NCBI GenBank assembly: GCA_951406725.2
Contig: OX597821.1
Location: 74,896,001 to 74,960,000 of the forward strand
Reading direction: 5' to 3'
Length of the DNA: 64,000 nucleotides
Source of the DNA: Octopus vulgaris
Taxonomy: Eukaryota
The notes under the pieces are model-generated. The model saw only the letters and a program-made list of their open reading frames with translations, made no database searches and had not been told where the DNA came from. The translations under genes and the position numbers were made by a program. This document shows, in pieces, positions 15,381 to 28,547 of this stretch. Position 1 is the first letter of the stretch; the number at the start of each line of letters is the position of its first letter.

Positions 15381-17874
15381 CATTATTCTGGGTATTCCAC
15401 AAACGCCTTAGATGTAATCAGACAAACTTAATCTTCTTCCCCTCTCATTTCTCTGTTTTAATTGACTGTTATTTATATATAAATCTATATTTCGTCATCG
15501 TTTCCTCTAATAATTTCAGTTACTTCTAGGATGCAGAATATTCTCAGGAATATTAAATCAGTTTTAGTACTTCATTCGTACATTTGCCTTAAAAATGAAA
15601 GGTAAGTTGGACATTGAGGTGATTTGAACCGAGAACACAAAACCCGTAACTGGCACTGGGTTTATTCTCCCGGAAAGAGTAAAAATTTTAGTTTACCACG
15701 GTGTGACTTTAACACAGAACGTAAAAATAGTAATTTAGTGCCCAACTGCCTTATCTTACTCTCTTTCCATCCTACCTTAACTTGTTCTTGGTCCCAAGTG
15801 CTGATTCCAACCAAATTCGGACTGAGATCGGAATGCAGTTTCTACAATGTGGTAGAAACTGCAGTCCGATCTCATTCAAATCAATCAGCCACACACTCAG
15901 ATCGCATTCAAAATGGAAAAACACGTTGAATAATGCAGTCCATGATATTGTGTGCACGATTTATAATGTACTAGTCATGGTTGGAACGCCTGTAACAAAA
16001 AGGTGCCTCAATCAATAGGCGGGGGTACATCAAAGTGATCGCAGTGTAAAAAAGGGGAGAAAAAAGATTTAATGAAAATAATTGTAATTATTAATCAATT
16101 AGTTTTAATTTCTAGTTTAATGTGTTGTATATTGACATTGCTGGTGCTTAATAGCGATCGATGAGATCTATAATCTATCAGATTTATAATCAAATTCATT
16201 TAAGCTGTTTACATACAGAGTGTTTAAAATAAGAGTATAACTTTTGGGAGATTTGTCTGCTGTTTCTAGCAGGTTGAACCAGACGTAGGAGAGCCCTTTC
16301 ATAAATGATGTTAAAGTTATTGATATTGTTGGTGGTGACGTTTAGCCCCAGGTGAGCCATGATTAAGAAAACAAATGATCAAAGGTATTCAAGTCATTCA
16401 CGTCTTCATCTTCTCTTTCTCGTTTATTATTTTTATTTTTCCAGGCAGTGTGCTTCAAGGGCCACATTATCCAACGTGACCTTCTACATTTATAACAAAA
16501 GAATTTGTGATGGGAAACATGTGGCTTCTATTTCTAGAGGATTCCCTTTTAGCCAGGCGTTAATGGGCTTAATTTTTCGCCGTGTTTGTAGTTCGCTGGT
16601 CCTCATACAACTTTAATTTATGTCCCCGATTTCAATGTCGTGTCGACTTTTATAGGGGTTCAGAAATTAGTATGTAGTTAATGAGTCGTTACAAACATGC
16701 TCGGGAGATGATTAGCTCTCGCTTTTGATCACTCAGCATACTTCCTGTCTTCAGGTGAAAAAAAAGAAAGTCTGAAATAATTTGTATAAAGAAAGCCAAG
16801 ATAACAATTACAGGTGATATTCGGATTGGTGGGGTGGGGGAGATTCGTCACACTTAGCACTAATGTTTGTGAGTCGGTTCCGTACTCGCTGGTTGTATTT
16901 CCTACCATGACACTCACTACTGTAACTAATGGAAATTATGCGAGATTTTGCTGGTTTCATCTCTCCAGATTATTGATTAATTGATAAACAAGGAAGAAAA
17001 AAAGCAAAAAAAAAACCCAACAAAAACAACAACAACAACAAAAACCAACTAAAACAAAAAACAAACAGCGTGTAACCATAAAACGTTCACTTCATGATAA
17101 CAAGGCTCTGAGCTCGAACATAGCGCATGACACCTTAGGAGAGAATATTTCTGCATCTGATTCCAGTCGGACCCAGGAAATGATATTGGATTGATGTAAA
17201 GTGTATAGAAACGGGTTGTCTAGATTGTTGCTCTATTACAAAAGTGTCACTTAAGTTAGAAATACATTAATGGTGCACAGGACTGTGGAATACTCAGCCA
17301 CTGAGCTACTTCGCTACTTTACGAGACCATTCAGGCGATTTAACTACTCAATACTCATTGTTGAAATCCATGTAAGACACAGTCTCTCTCTCTCTTCCGC
17401 ACACACACACACACACACATACAAACACACACATACCCATAAGCAGTCTATATAACATATATAGAACATATGTTATGCCGATGCATTTATTAATTGCCTG
17501 TTTCAGTATATTTATCTTTTGTTTAAATATCATAGTTTACGTCAATAGCTTAATCCCTTGTTCTATTTTAATATACACACAGTACATTGGTCATCTATTT
17601 TACACAAAAGTCTCCATTTTGGCTAATACACATTTTGGGAAATTAGCACTCGGAAACTATGCAGAAGCCAGGCAAAGTATGTATGTATGTGTGTATGTAT
17701 GTATGTATGTATGTATGTATGTATGTATGTATGTATGTATGCATGCATGCATGCATGTATGTATGTGTATGTATGTATGTATGTATGCATGCATGTATGT
17801 ATGTACGTATGTATGTATGTATGTAAGTATGTATGTATTTATGCATACATGTATGTATGTATGTATGTATATAG

Positions 17875-18120
17875 GTATAGTGAATTCAACGAACAAACAA
17901 TTATAAATAAAAACGAATAAAAATCGAAAAGAGAAAAAGAAAAAGAAAAAAAATGAACGTAAGGATGTGCTCAAGAAATTTACTAGTTTGGTGCCCGTTG
18001 AAAGGAGAGAGCATTTAATGTTTCGGGCATGGCTCTTCGTCAGAGAGGAGAAAGGGAAATTCCAAAGAATAAGAAGTAAAATCACTATCAGTCCATGTAT
18101 GGTTACATTTCTGAAGTGCC
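17875..18120 (-). mobile_element. short PLE-pLTR-like element with minimal hammerhead motif
   Basis: Minus strand CTGACGA-AGAGC-CAT-GCCC-GAAACATT at 18016-18045; same architecture as 26555 and 36570; flanked by microsatellites. Confidence 0.6.
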
Positions 18121-18182
18121 ATATATATATATGTGTTTTGTATGTTTGCATCTCTCTTTATCTCTGAATTATCCCTATATAT

Positions 18183-18592
18183 AGGAGTTGCTCTGTGCTT
18201 AGTAGCTTGCTTACCAACCACATGGTTCCAGGTTCAGACCCACTGCGTAGCACCTTAGGCATGTGTCATCTACTATAGTCTCGGGCCAACCAAAGCCTTG
18301 TTAGTGGATTTGGTAGACGGAAACTGAAAGAAACCCGTCGTATATATGTATATGCATATATAAATATATGCGCGTGTGTGTATCTTTCTGTGTCTGTGTT
18401 TGTCCCCCCAACATCGCTTATCAACCGATGCTGGTGTGTTTACGTCCCCGTAACTTAGCGGTTCGGCAAAGGGACCGATAGAATAAGTACTAGGTTTACA
18501 AAAAATAAGTCCTGGAGTCGATTTTCTCTACTAAAGGCGGTGCTTCAGCATGGCCGCAGTCATGTGACTGAAACAAGTAAAAGAGTAAAGAG

Positions 18593-18593
<1 letters not shown>
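18183..18593 (+). mobile_element. SINE family B
   Basis: High similarity to 5591-5995. Confidence 0.9.
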
Positions 18594-18681
<88 letters not shown>

Positions 18682-18793
18682 TTATATATGTGTGTGTGCA
18701 TGTATATATATAACAAAGTGTTGTACGCTACCGCACGAGTGGAAATATATATGAAAGAAGGTTTGAAAATGCAATTTTAAAAGGCGTTTATTC

Positions 18794-18834
18794 ACTTGAC
18801 CGGTTTCACTTTTTTAGAAAAAGATTGTCAAAAG
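18794..18834 (-). ncRNA. putative minimal type-I hammerhead ribozyme variant
   Basis: Minus strand ACTT-TTGACAA-TCTTTT tct AAAAGT-GAAACCGGTC-AAGT: stem I actt/aagt, stem II, palindromic stem III ACCGGT, GUC cleavage triplet; core deviates at C3 and G8. Confidence 0.5.
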
Positions 18835-18857
18835 TAAAATGTAAAAGCTTTGTATAT

Positions 18858-18963
<106 letters not shown>

Positions 18964-20089
18964 AAGAGGTAAAAAGAGAAAAAGTGTAAGATTCATTTAT
19001 GCTGTGTGGAGGCAAGACTCTGATAAAGATATTCCTCGAACGATGTACATATTTCCTCTTTTGTTTTTTCACTAATCTGACCAGCCCTAAGCCTGTTGAT
19101 TGATCAGTAGAAAAGGAGATGGAAAGTGAATTGAACAATATATAAGACTATAGCAAAGTGTATTTCTTCGTTAAAATATTTCTTCTCACAGTAAACGTGT
19201 GTGTGTGTTTTGTATTGTTATTTTTAAAACTATTTTTTAAAGCCAAAACAATGCAAATTGTAACAAATAATGCAAGACGATGGTTTGTGTGTGCGTGTAG
19301 AATGTATATGTTTATGTGTCCTTGTATCGTGGGCTTCTTACGTTTCCAAGAAGCTCAGAGTAACACAAATTCGCTTAAACAAAACTGACAGCACAAACAA
19401 CTCTTTAGATTAAAGCCGGTTTGTTTCCTTCCCCTTTGACCTTGCTACAAGAGATAAACATTTTAAGTTCATTGATGTAATTACAAAAGTGATTAGTTCT
19501 TCACAGCTCATGTCTGAAAACGAATATTTTCGTTAATCTTGAAGAGGTTTATCTGATATAAAGAAATAGAGAAATTTCGCATTTGTCTCCATGCTTACAG
19601 CGATTCTCTTCTCGCTATAAAATGCTCATTCTGCACGCAAGGCTTTAGATACGGCTTTGTTCTTGCTATTCTTAAGGTGCTATGTAACAGTAAATTGTCT
19701 CTGTAGGGGTTAAGGCAATAAAAGAAGTATGGCGGATGGGTATTTGTCAATAGCTGAGAAGGAAACAAGAACATATAGCTTTAGGAATGATTGAGCTGGA
19801 AACCAAAGCGAGTTCAGAATCCGTCCCTCCTCCGCCTCCGCCTCCGCTCATAGAAAGTGATTGAATGATGTAGTAAATTGCCTCGCACAGATGCGTGTGT
19901 CAGTCCTCAGCTTCGTTCTCTACGACAAGCCTTAAGCTATCCGAACTTCATATGTGCAGCGCTTTAATGATTTATATATTTTCACAACCAACTAAAATCA
20001 CCGAGAGATTAGTTGGCTCAGAAAAGCGAATATATTTTTAGCATGAGTTAATATTTAACAGCATTGTTATTTTATCTGCTATGAAGGAT

Positions 20090-20105
20090 ATACATATACA
20101 TATAT

Positions 20106-20162
<57 letters not shown>

Positions 20163-20181
20163 CATACATACATATATATAA

Positions 20182-20221
<40 letters not shown>

Positions 20222-20273
20222 TATATATATATATATATATACGTATATATATAATATATATATATGCATAAAT

Positions 20274-20326
<53 letters not shown>

Positions 20327-20470
20327 TGTGTATATATATATATATATATACACGCATATTCATGTACTTATACGCCTGCATACACAGACATGTATATATA
20401 TGTATGTATATACATATATATGTGTGTGCATGTGCGTGTATATATATATATATACATACATATATACATT

Positions 20471-20505
<35 letters not shown>

Positions 20506-20610
20506 ATATATATAAAATTATACACATACATAGACAAATATATAAATACATACGTACACACACGCACACAGACACAAACACACACACGTACACACACACA
20601 CACATATTCA
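20090..20610. repeat. degenerate (TA)n/(CA)n tract
   Basis: Visible tandem array. Confidence 0.95.
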
Positions 20611-20718
20611 TCTAGTGTTTGGTGCCGAAAGAAAGTACTCAATGCCTTGAGTCTTATGTTCAGTCATAACTTGAATCATAACAGAACACAAACAAGAAAC
20701 TTCAGTGTTGGTAGGCCA

Positions 20719-20966
20719 CGCCCTCTGCAGTGTTTATTATAGCCTGATGGGCATCACTCAATGTGGAAGCAGCAGATATTTCACCAAGGAGGCTGTGGAT
20801 CAAGAAGTGCGGGGTGTGAAAGAGTAGTGCCAACTGGAACAAATTGGGGCTTGATAAAGACGGAGATGGATTGCCTGGCTAAAGGTGTCTGTTGAAAAAC
20901 CCGAGACGCCTACTGACACCAGGCAACATCAATGCTGATGTGTCTAGGTGTATCGCAAGAGGTATG
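20719..20966 (+). mobile_element. 3' end of a HERO-like (RLE) non-LTR retrotransposon, decayed
   Basis: Peptides ALCSVY..LMGIT and RRLWIKK, followed by a UTR (gcctgg..ggtgtctgttgaaaaacccgagac..ccagg..catca..gatgtgtc) resembling recalled HERO 3' ends. Confidence 0.5.
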
Positions 20967-21032
20967 AAAAAAAAAAACGCCATATATACATACACAAACA
21001 TATATATATATATGGATGCATATATATATATA

Positions 21033-21399
21033 GTCGCAGGAGTGGCCTATATATATATATATATATATGCACCACATGCGTTGCACCTTGGGTAAGTGTC
21101 TTTTGCTATAGCCACGGGCCGACCAAAGCTTTCTGAGTGGATTTGGTGGACGGAAACTGAAAAAAAAACCCGTCGTATATATATATATATCTTTGTGTGT
21201 CTGTGTTTGTCGCCCCACCATCACTTTTGTTGGTGGGTTTACGTCCCCGTAACTTAGTGTTTCGGCAAAAGAGACCGATAGAATAGGTACTAGGCTTACA
21301 AAGAATTAGCCCTGGGGTCAATTTGATCAATTTGCGGTACTCTAGCATGGCCGCAGTCACGTGACTGAAACAAATAAAATAATAGAAGAATAAAAGAAT
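21033..21399 (+). mobile_element. SINE family B (head interrupted by a TA run)
   Basis: Similarity to 5591-5995. Confidence 0.85.
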
Positions 21400-21484
21400 A
21401 CATACACACACACACACACACACAGAAACACACTCATATATATACATACATACATGTATATACGCACACATATATGTTAATGAC

Positions 21485-22087
21485 ACCTATAAGGAGGTGC
21501 TTTATCCATTCAACAAACTAAAGGGGCCTTTGCCAGGATAGACCGATGTCGTCAGACGGTATCCAATGTTCACCAGGTGTTTCGTCCCTGAACCGTAACC
21601 GTTGGTGGGTCAACATAGGTGGCCAAGTCAGTGCTCCTTATCTCCTCCTGGCTTCCAGCTTTATTCTTCTCTCCTACTCCAAAGGCGACAATTCAATTTA
21701 TTTTAAGTATCTGCTATCTTGAATAATTTGATTCGTTCTTTCGCTGGCTGGGATTGACCCTCTGGGGTGGTATTGGGTGGGTTACCCCACCTGAGGACTT
21801 GAGGTGACACAGGTACTGAGAGACTTCCAGTCCTGTGGGGTGCTTCCTGCCTGGATTTCTCCTGCGTCTCACCAGGCGTTACCACTGTGCGCTGCAACTG
21901 TAATCCTCTTTTCCACAGACGGACCTAGCTTGGTGTATTTTGAGCCCTTTTGCATTCTTGCAAATCTTTCCACGGGGAAATTTTACTCCCACTGTCTCTC
22001 CAGTTATGAGTTATTGGGGCTGCCTCTGCATCCGGAAAACATTCCCTGTCGTTACTTTTCGATCTCTCCAGTTGAGTCTCTCTCATT

Positions 22088-22088
<1 letters not shown>
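21485..22088 (-). mobile_element. internally deleted HERO-like non-LTR retrotransposon
   Basis: N-terminal zinc-finger-like GKICKNAKGLKIHQARSVC and QRT..PGETQE..EAPHR joined to C-terminal RLWSRREE*SWKPGGD and a 3' UTR (gacgaaacacc..ggatac..ctgacgac); no RT region. Confidence 0.6.
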
Positions 22089-22161
<73 letters not shown>

Positions 22162-22246
22162 TATATATATTTGATCTGATTAGTTAGAGAGAGCAAATCA
22201 TTAGAAGCACATGCTTCTAGTGAGTTAGGATCTCAGAACAACAGGG

Positions 22247-22320
22247 CTCTTACCGATGAATTCTCCCTGAGCAAATAAATTATCTTTATTGATGAAAAGA
22301 ACGAAACTGCAGTCTAAGAG
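22247..22320 (+). ncRNA. putative type-I hammerhead ribozyme, copy 1
   Basis: 6-bp stem I ctctta/taagag, core CCGATGA (U4C variant), stem II ttct/agaa, GAAA, palindromic stem III ACTGCAGT, GUC site ending at 22314. Confidence 0.65.
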
Positions 22321-22643
22321 GAACCGAGTTAGTAAATGTTTTTATTTTCATTTCACTAAATTTATCTAGCTTCTGTGTTTCTAGCACATATTTCGCCTTA
22401 ATGTACTGATATATGAATAATATATGGCTTGTGCTAGAAATACCAGCGATAATAATTAATTTTATTTTATCGTAATTTGACTTGTTTACATATTTCTCGA
22501 TAAATTTTGAGCGTTAGACAATATACCAGAAATCCCTAGTTTTGTCGGGACGTTCTGAGTCTGCGCAGTGATCTGATTAGTTAGAGAGAGCAAATCATTA
22601 GAAGCACATGCTTCTAGTGAGTTAGGATCTCAGAACAACAGGG

Positions 22644-22717
22644 CTCTTACCGATGAATTCTCCCTGAGCAAATAAATTATTTTTATTGCTGAAAAGAACG
22701 AAACTGCAGTCTAAGAG
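22644..22717 (+). ncRNA. putative type-I hammerhead ribozyme, copy 2
   Basis: Same as copy 1, with extended stem II agcaa/ttgct; GUC site ends at 22711. Confidence 0.65.
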
Positions 22718-22779
22718 GAACCGAGTTAGTAAATGTTTTTATTTTCATTTCACTAAATTTATCTAGCTTCTGTGTTTCT

Positions 22780-23068
22780 GTGAAGGCGCGTGGCTCAGTG
22801 GTTAGAGCGTCGAGCTTACGATCGTGAGGTTGTGAGCTCGAATCCCGGACCGGGCTGCGTGTTGTGTTCTTGAGCAAGCCACTTTATTTCACGTTGCTCC
22901 AGTTCACTCAGCTGTAGAAATGAGTTGCGACGTCACAGGTGCCAAGCTGTATCGGCCCTTGCCTTTCCCTTGGACAACATCGGTGACGTGGAGAGGGGAG
23001 ACCGGTATGCATGGGTAACTCTCTAGGTGCAAACCCATGGTCAGTGTCTGACCGAAGGGGGTCACCAC
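22780..23068 (+). mobile_element. young tRNA-derived SINE family C with 10-bp TSD
   Basis: A box tggctcagtgg, B-box-like gctcgaatccc, V-SINE-like core tgtgttcttgagcaag..ttgctcca; TSD ctgtgtttct at 22770-22779 and 23069-23078. Confidence 0.9.
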
Positions 23069-23177
23069 CTGTGTTTCTAGCACATATTTCGCCTTAATGT
23101 ACTGATATATGAATAATATATGGCTTGTGCTAGAAATACCAGCGATAATAATTAATTTTATTTTATCGCAATTTGAC

Positions 23178-23251
<74 letters not shown>

Positions 23252-23654
23252 GTATATATATATACACACACATGTATAAAGATGTATGCATATACATACA
23301 CACATATGTACATGCATATATATATGCATCTCTTGATTCAACAAAAGTGATAAAATAGAGGACTCAATACAACTTCCTTAAGACATTCTAAATGAAAGGC
23401 TCCGATTTCCAATGTTCTGAGAAATGAAAACGGTGATGTTGGCGCAGCCGTTTCCGTACGTGTCATTCTTAATGGTTTTCAAACAGAAGAACATAAGGAT
23501 AAGCGCTTAATTCAAATTTTCATTTCCCACTCCTCGAAATATCCAAACAATGGATATTTCAAAAGAAAACCAGGATCGGTCTAATAGCAGATGATCGGAT
23601 ACGAGTAGCTCTGAGTGCTTGAATTCGGAACCATCCAGCTATATTGCGTGCATA

Positions 23655-23746
<92 letters not shown>

Positions 23747-23753
23747 AAGGTGG

Positions 23754-24197
23754 AAACAAGTCAAAAATAGAAAATGCTAAGATGATTTTATAGTGAATCT
23801 TTCAGTACCGGTTTCGGTCATTTTGAGACCTTTTCAACTGTAACGATTAAATAATTAAATTTAGAATAATTTAGAGAAATTAGAAGGAAGGTTTTTTTAA
23901 AGGAATACTTCCATAGTAGTGTTCAGATATAGGTGGCATTCTGCCTTTCTCTGACTCCCTTGTTTGCACTTGTGTGCACAAGTGCAAACAAGGGAGTCAG
24001 AGAAAGGCAGAATGCCACCTATATCTGAACACTACTATGGAAGTATTCCTTTAAAAAAACCTTTCTTCTAATTTCTCTAAATTTTTCTAAATTTAATTAT
24101 TTAATCGTTACAGTTGAAAAGGTCTCAAAATGACCGAAACCGGTACTGAAAGATTCACTATAAAATCATCTTAGCATTTTCTATTTTTGACTTGTTT
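23754..24197. repeat. near-perfect 444-bp palindrome, each arm with a hammerhead-like motif
   Basis: Arms mirror around a 2-nt loop at 23975-23976; CAG-TTGAAAA-GGTC..GACC-GAAACCGGTA-CTG at 24111-24148. Confidence 0.9.
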
Positions 24198-24235
24198 TTT
24201 CATATATATCAACTCGTGTGTTCCTTTCCACCCTT

Positions 24236-24291
<56 letters not shown>

Positions 24292-24304
24292 GTATATATA
24301 TATA

Positions 24305-24603
24305 TGTATAAAACTTAGATAAAACTTAGATATGTTTCGGCCAGAGATTGGGCCAGGCCATGTCTAACTTAATAGCACCACCTGATAGGATTATTCGAAT
24401 CCTGTTTAAGTCAAGTTTTGTTCAAGTAGTGAGTTCTTGTTGGGTGAGTTGTATCCAGTTTTGTTCAAGTAGTGAGTTCTTGTTGGGTGAGTTGTATCCA
24501 ATTATGGGTGGCTTATCTGGTATTCTTTGAAGGAATCTATCCAGACTCTGTTTGAAGTTGATGGGATCCTTTTCCTCTTTGATCTCCCTCGGGACAATGT
24601 TAA
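24305..24603 (-). mobile_element. 3' end of a CR1/L2-like LINE
   Basis: [47 protein letters not shown], then a UTR and a tandem (TCTAAGTTTTA) tail; homologous to ~36190-36450. Confidence 0.75.
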
Positions 24604-24606
24604 ATA

Positions 24607-24696
<90 letters not shown>

Positions 24697-24722
24697 ATAG
24701 GATTAGCTCGTATACGAGTAGG

Positions 24723-25511
<789 letters not shown>

Positions 25512-25587
25512 TGTATACACACACTTCGTTTTGATATTTGGTTTGTAAGATTCTTAATGTGTATTCGTATGCTGAAACGAATTCTGC

Positions 25588-25772
25588 TGTATTTTTGAGA
25601 TAGTCATTACACAAATAATAATAAACACACGCACAGATTCAATTCCACTTGTTTACTATTAGTCAATTGGTTTGATACTCATTAACCAATTGACTAGCAA
25701 TAAAGAAGTGGAATTGAACCTGTGCGTATGTTTATCATTATCGGTGTAAGGACTCTCTCAAGACACTACAAA
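25588..25772. repeat. imperfect fold-back (MITE-like)
   Basis: ~85-bp diverged arms around a loop at ~25673-25683 (tagtcaattggtt...aaccaattgacta). Confidence 0.7.
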
Positions 25773-26339
25773 ACACCCAAACACACATATATATATATAG
25801 AGGTGGAGTGAGAAAGAGAGAGAGCGAGGAGGAGAGAAGGGAAAAGAGGTAGATGTTTATATGATTGCGGTTTCGTTGAAAAAACTGTTACTGCACCTGT
25901 AATATAATGAAGACATTTTTAATACTCTCTCCTCCCCTCCATCTCAACAATTCTTTACTCTCCCTCAATATCTAGAAATGTGCGAAGGTAACACGTTTGC
26001 TTATTTAAGATTGAAAATTGGGAATTAGACTGGTATTATCTAATATCATTGATATTATATATTACAAATATAAATATTAGAAAATAAATATGTCGCCCAT
26101 CTTTTAATATGATATCTCAATATAACTCAATATTATTACTGATGAGTGTCCACAACATAACGAAAGGAATTCATGTGTTGGCAATTGTGTATCTTATGAA
26201 AAGTTTTTGTCCAGAAATAGTTTCTACTTGAATATATGAATAATATATTGAATGTTGTGAAGTTTGGCATTGTTCTAATTTCAGTTTTAATATAATGTAA
26301 TATAATACAAAATAATATGATATATAATATAATATAATG

Positions 26340-26553
<214 letters not shown>

Positions 26554-26554
26554 A

Positions 26555-26748
26555 ATGAGAATTTACAAAAAAACAAAACGAAAGATGAAAACGGGTGTGT
26601 AAACAACAAACAGATGTATTAGTTTAACGCTCGGGAAGTGAGAGAGTCTTTTACATTTCGAGCCTACGATCTTCAACAGAAGGGAACATAGAAATAAACA
26701 GGAAGAGAAAACAGAAAAAGATTTAGTCGCTAGCGATCTATCATGGCG
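26555..26748 (-). mobile_element. short PLE-pLTR-like element with degenerate hammerhead motif
   Basis: Minus strand TTGAAGATCGTAGGCTCGAAATGTA; related architecture to 36570 and 17875; lies between (TA)n and (CATA)n. Confidence 0.55.
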
Positions 26749-26783
26749 AAATACATACATACATACATACATACATACATACA

Positions 26784-26842
<59 letters not shown>

Positions 26843-26860
26843 CTATATATATATATATTT

Positions 26861-26925
<65 letters not shown>

Positions 26926-28547
26926 CATATAATACACACACACACACATGTTAGACCGGAATATATTTTTTACGAATTTTAAAGAAATTGTTCGAGGTTG
27001 AAATGTACTTTCACTAAGACTGATATTTATGATAGAATATTTAGTACGTATGCCTTGGGTTTTGAAGAAATAGAATTTTGAAGGTTCAAAAATCTCCAAA
27101 CGGGTTTAGAGGCATCAATGAAATGGATTTGTATCCAAAGATAACGGAAATCGCCTGACTTCTATATCGACTAACTTCTCTAAGACTCTTTCAAATATTG
27201 AACATCAATCAGTGAAGTCAATCAATCAGCTCATTAATCTGCCAATCAGCCAACTAATCGATGCGTTGGTGTATTTAAACTTGTTCTCCTATAACCTGGA
27301 TTTCAATCCTTTTAGGGTTGATTAGATAAAGAAGAAAGATGAAGTGATCCATTTTGTTACCGTCTGTTCGTCTGCCGGTCTGTGTCTGTCTCTCTGTCAA
27401 TTTGTGCTTTCCTTGTAAGGATTCGTTTTGTGGTAGATAAAACGAAATGAATATTGAAATCAATCAGAAGAAAAAATCTAAATATTCTATCCAGATCATC
27501 CAATAATTACCGTAATTTTTCTTCATGTCATGAACCATCAAGCATTAATATTATGATATATTTTGTTTCTGAAAATAATTCGTGTTTTACTGGAATATGC
27601 ATGATTTTTATCAGTCATAATGACGTATCTTGAAACATTGGATTCGGCTGTTGGCAACTGAAAATACGTAGCAATAAAAAGTTATTCGAAATGAGTAGAG
27701 ACATTCTTTGATTCATAAAACATACATTTCCTGTCGACAGCCGCGTTGTGATAAGTAATTTTTGCTTTCGTTTCCAAACATTCTCGGAGGTGCATAATTG
27801 ATTTGTTAACGAAATTAATGTCCAGGATGAAGTTACAACGAATGTTACGCCTATAGATTTCTGTAAAGTACAATGAGATGGGTAAGTGAGAAATTTTAGA
27901 TCAAATGACGACTATTTGACGACCAATTCGTTAAGGAGTACCATGTTACTGTTTGTTAGCACTGTTTATGCACCCATTTATCAGTTTAGAGGTTAAATTA
28001 TTTACTTAAACAAGACACGTTACTTTAGATCACAAAGGAAAACGTTAGGATATATGGCGTATATATTTATGAGTCAGAACCTTGTCACATTATCTCATAA
28101 TAAACAAGGCTATGAAATAATTCTTCATTGAATTTACCTCTGTTAGTTTTTTTTCTTTTTATATCTTTCAACGTAAAATAACAAACCAAATATAACGCAA
28201 CACACCTTCTTAATGAATTTCATTTTCATACTTTTGGTGGATTACGATATTTCAAAGCAGACATTTCAGTAATTGTGAGTAAGCAATGTTATATTTCGTC
28301 TGATTATCACAAACTATTGGCGTGAATATTAAATGGATCTGCCATATTGGATTATTTTAATTAGGTATAAGCTTAATGTTGGCATGGAACATGTTGATAA
28401 TATGAGATGACAAAATGTTGCAAGAGATAGCAAGTGGTTTTGGGAGGATATCGGAAATGTGTCAGTTCATGTATTTAACCTGGTCAAGTATAATGTTAGA
28501 TAAATGAAAAGAATATATAAAAAAAGAAACTTTAACCTTGACCAATA

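Larger units (their letters stand above)
22172..23181 (+). mobile_element. tandem 397-bp hammerhead-bearing repeat (retrozyme- or PLE-pLTR-like), ~1.8 units, second unit interrupted by a SINE
   Basis: Direct repeat starting at 22172 and 22569; each unit has CTCTTA-CCGATGA-ATTCT...AGAAC-GAAACTGCAGTC-TAAGAG; (TA)n on both flanks. Confidence 0.8.

Noticed and set aside
21540-21590. CTGACGA and GAAAC motifs in the HERO-like UTR
   Set aside because: Order and pairing do not give a hammerhead; no valid cleavage triplet
22780-22855. tRNA gene-like sequences at SINE heads
   Set aside because: A/B boxes are present but there is no complete cloverleaf, and they continue into SINE bodies with TSDs
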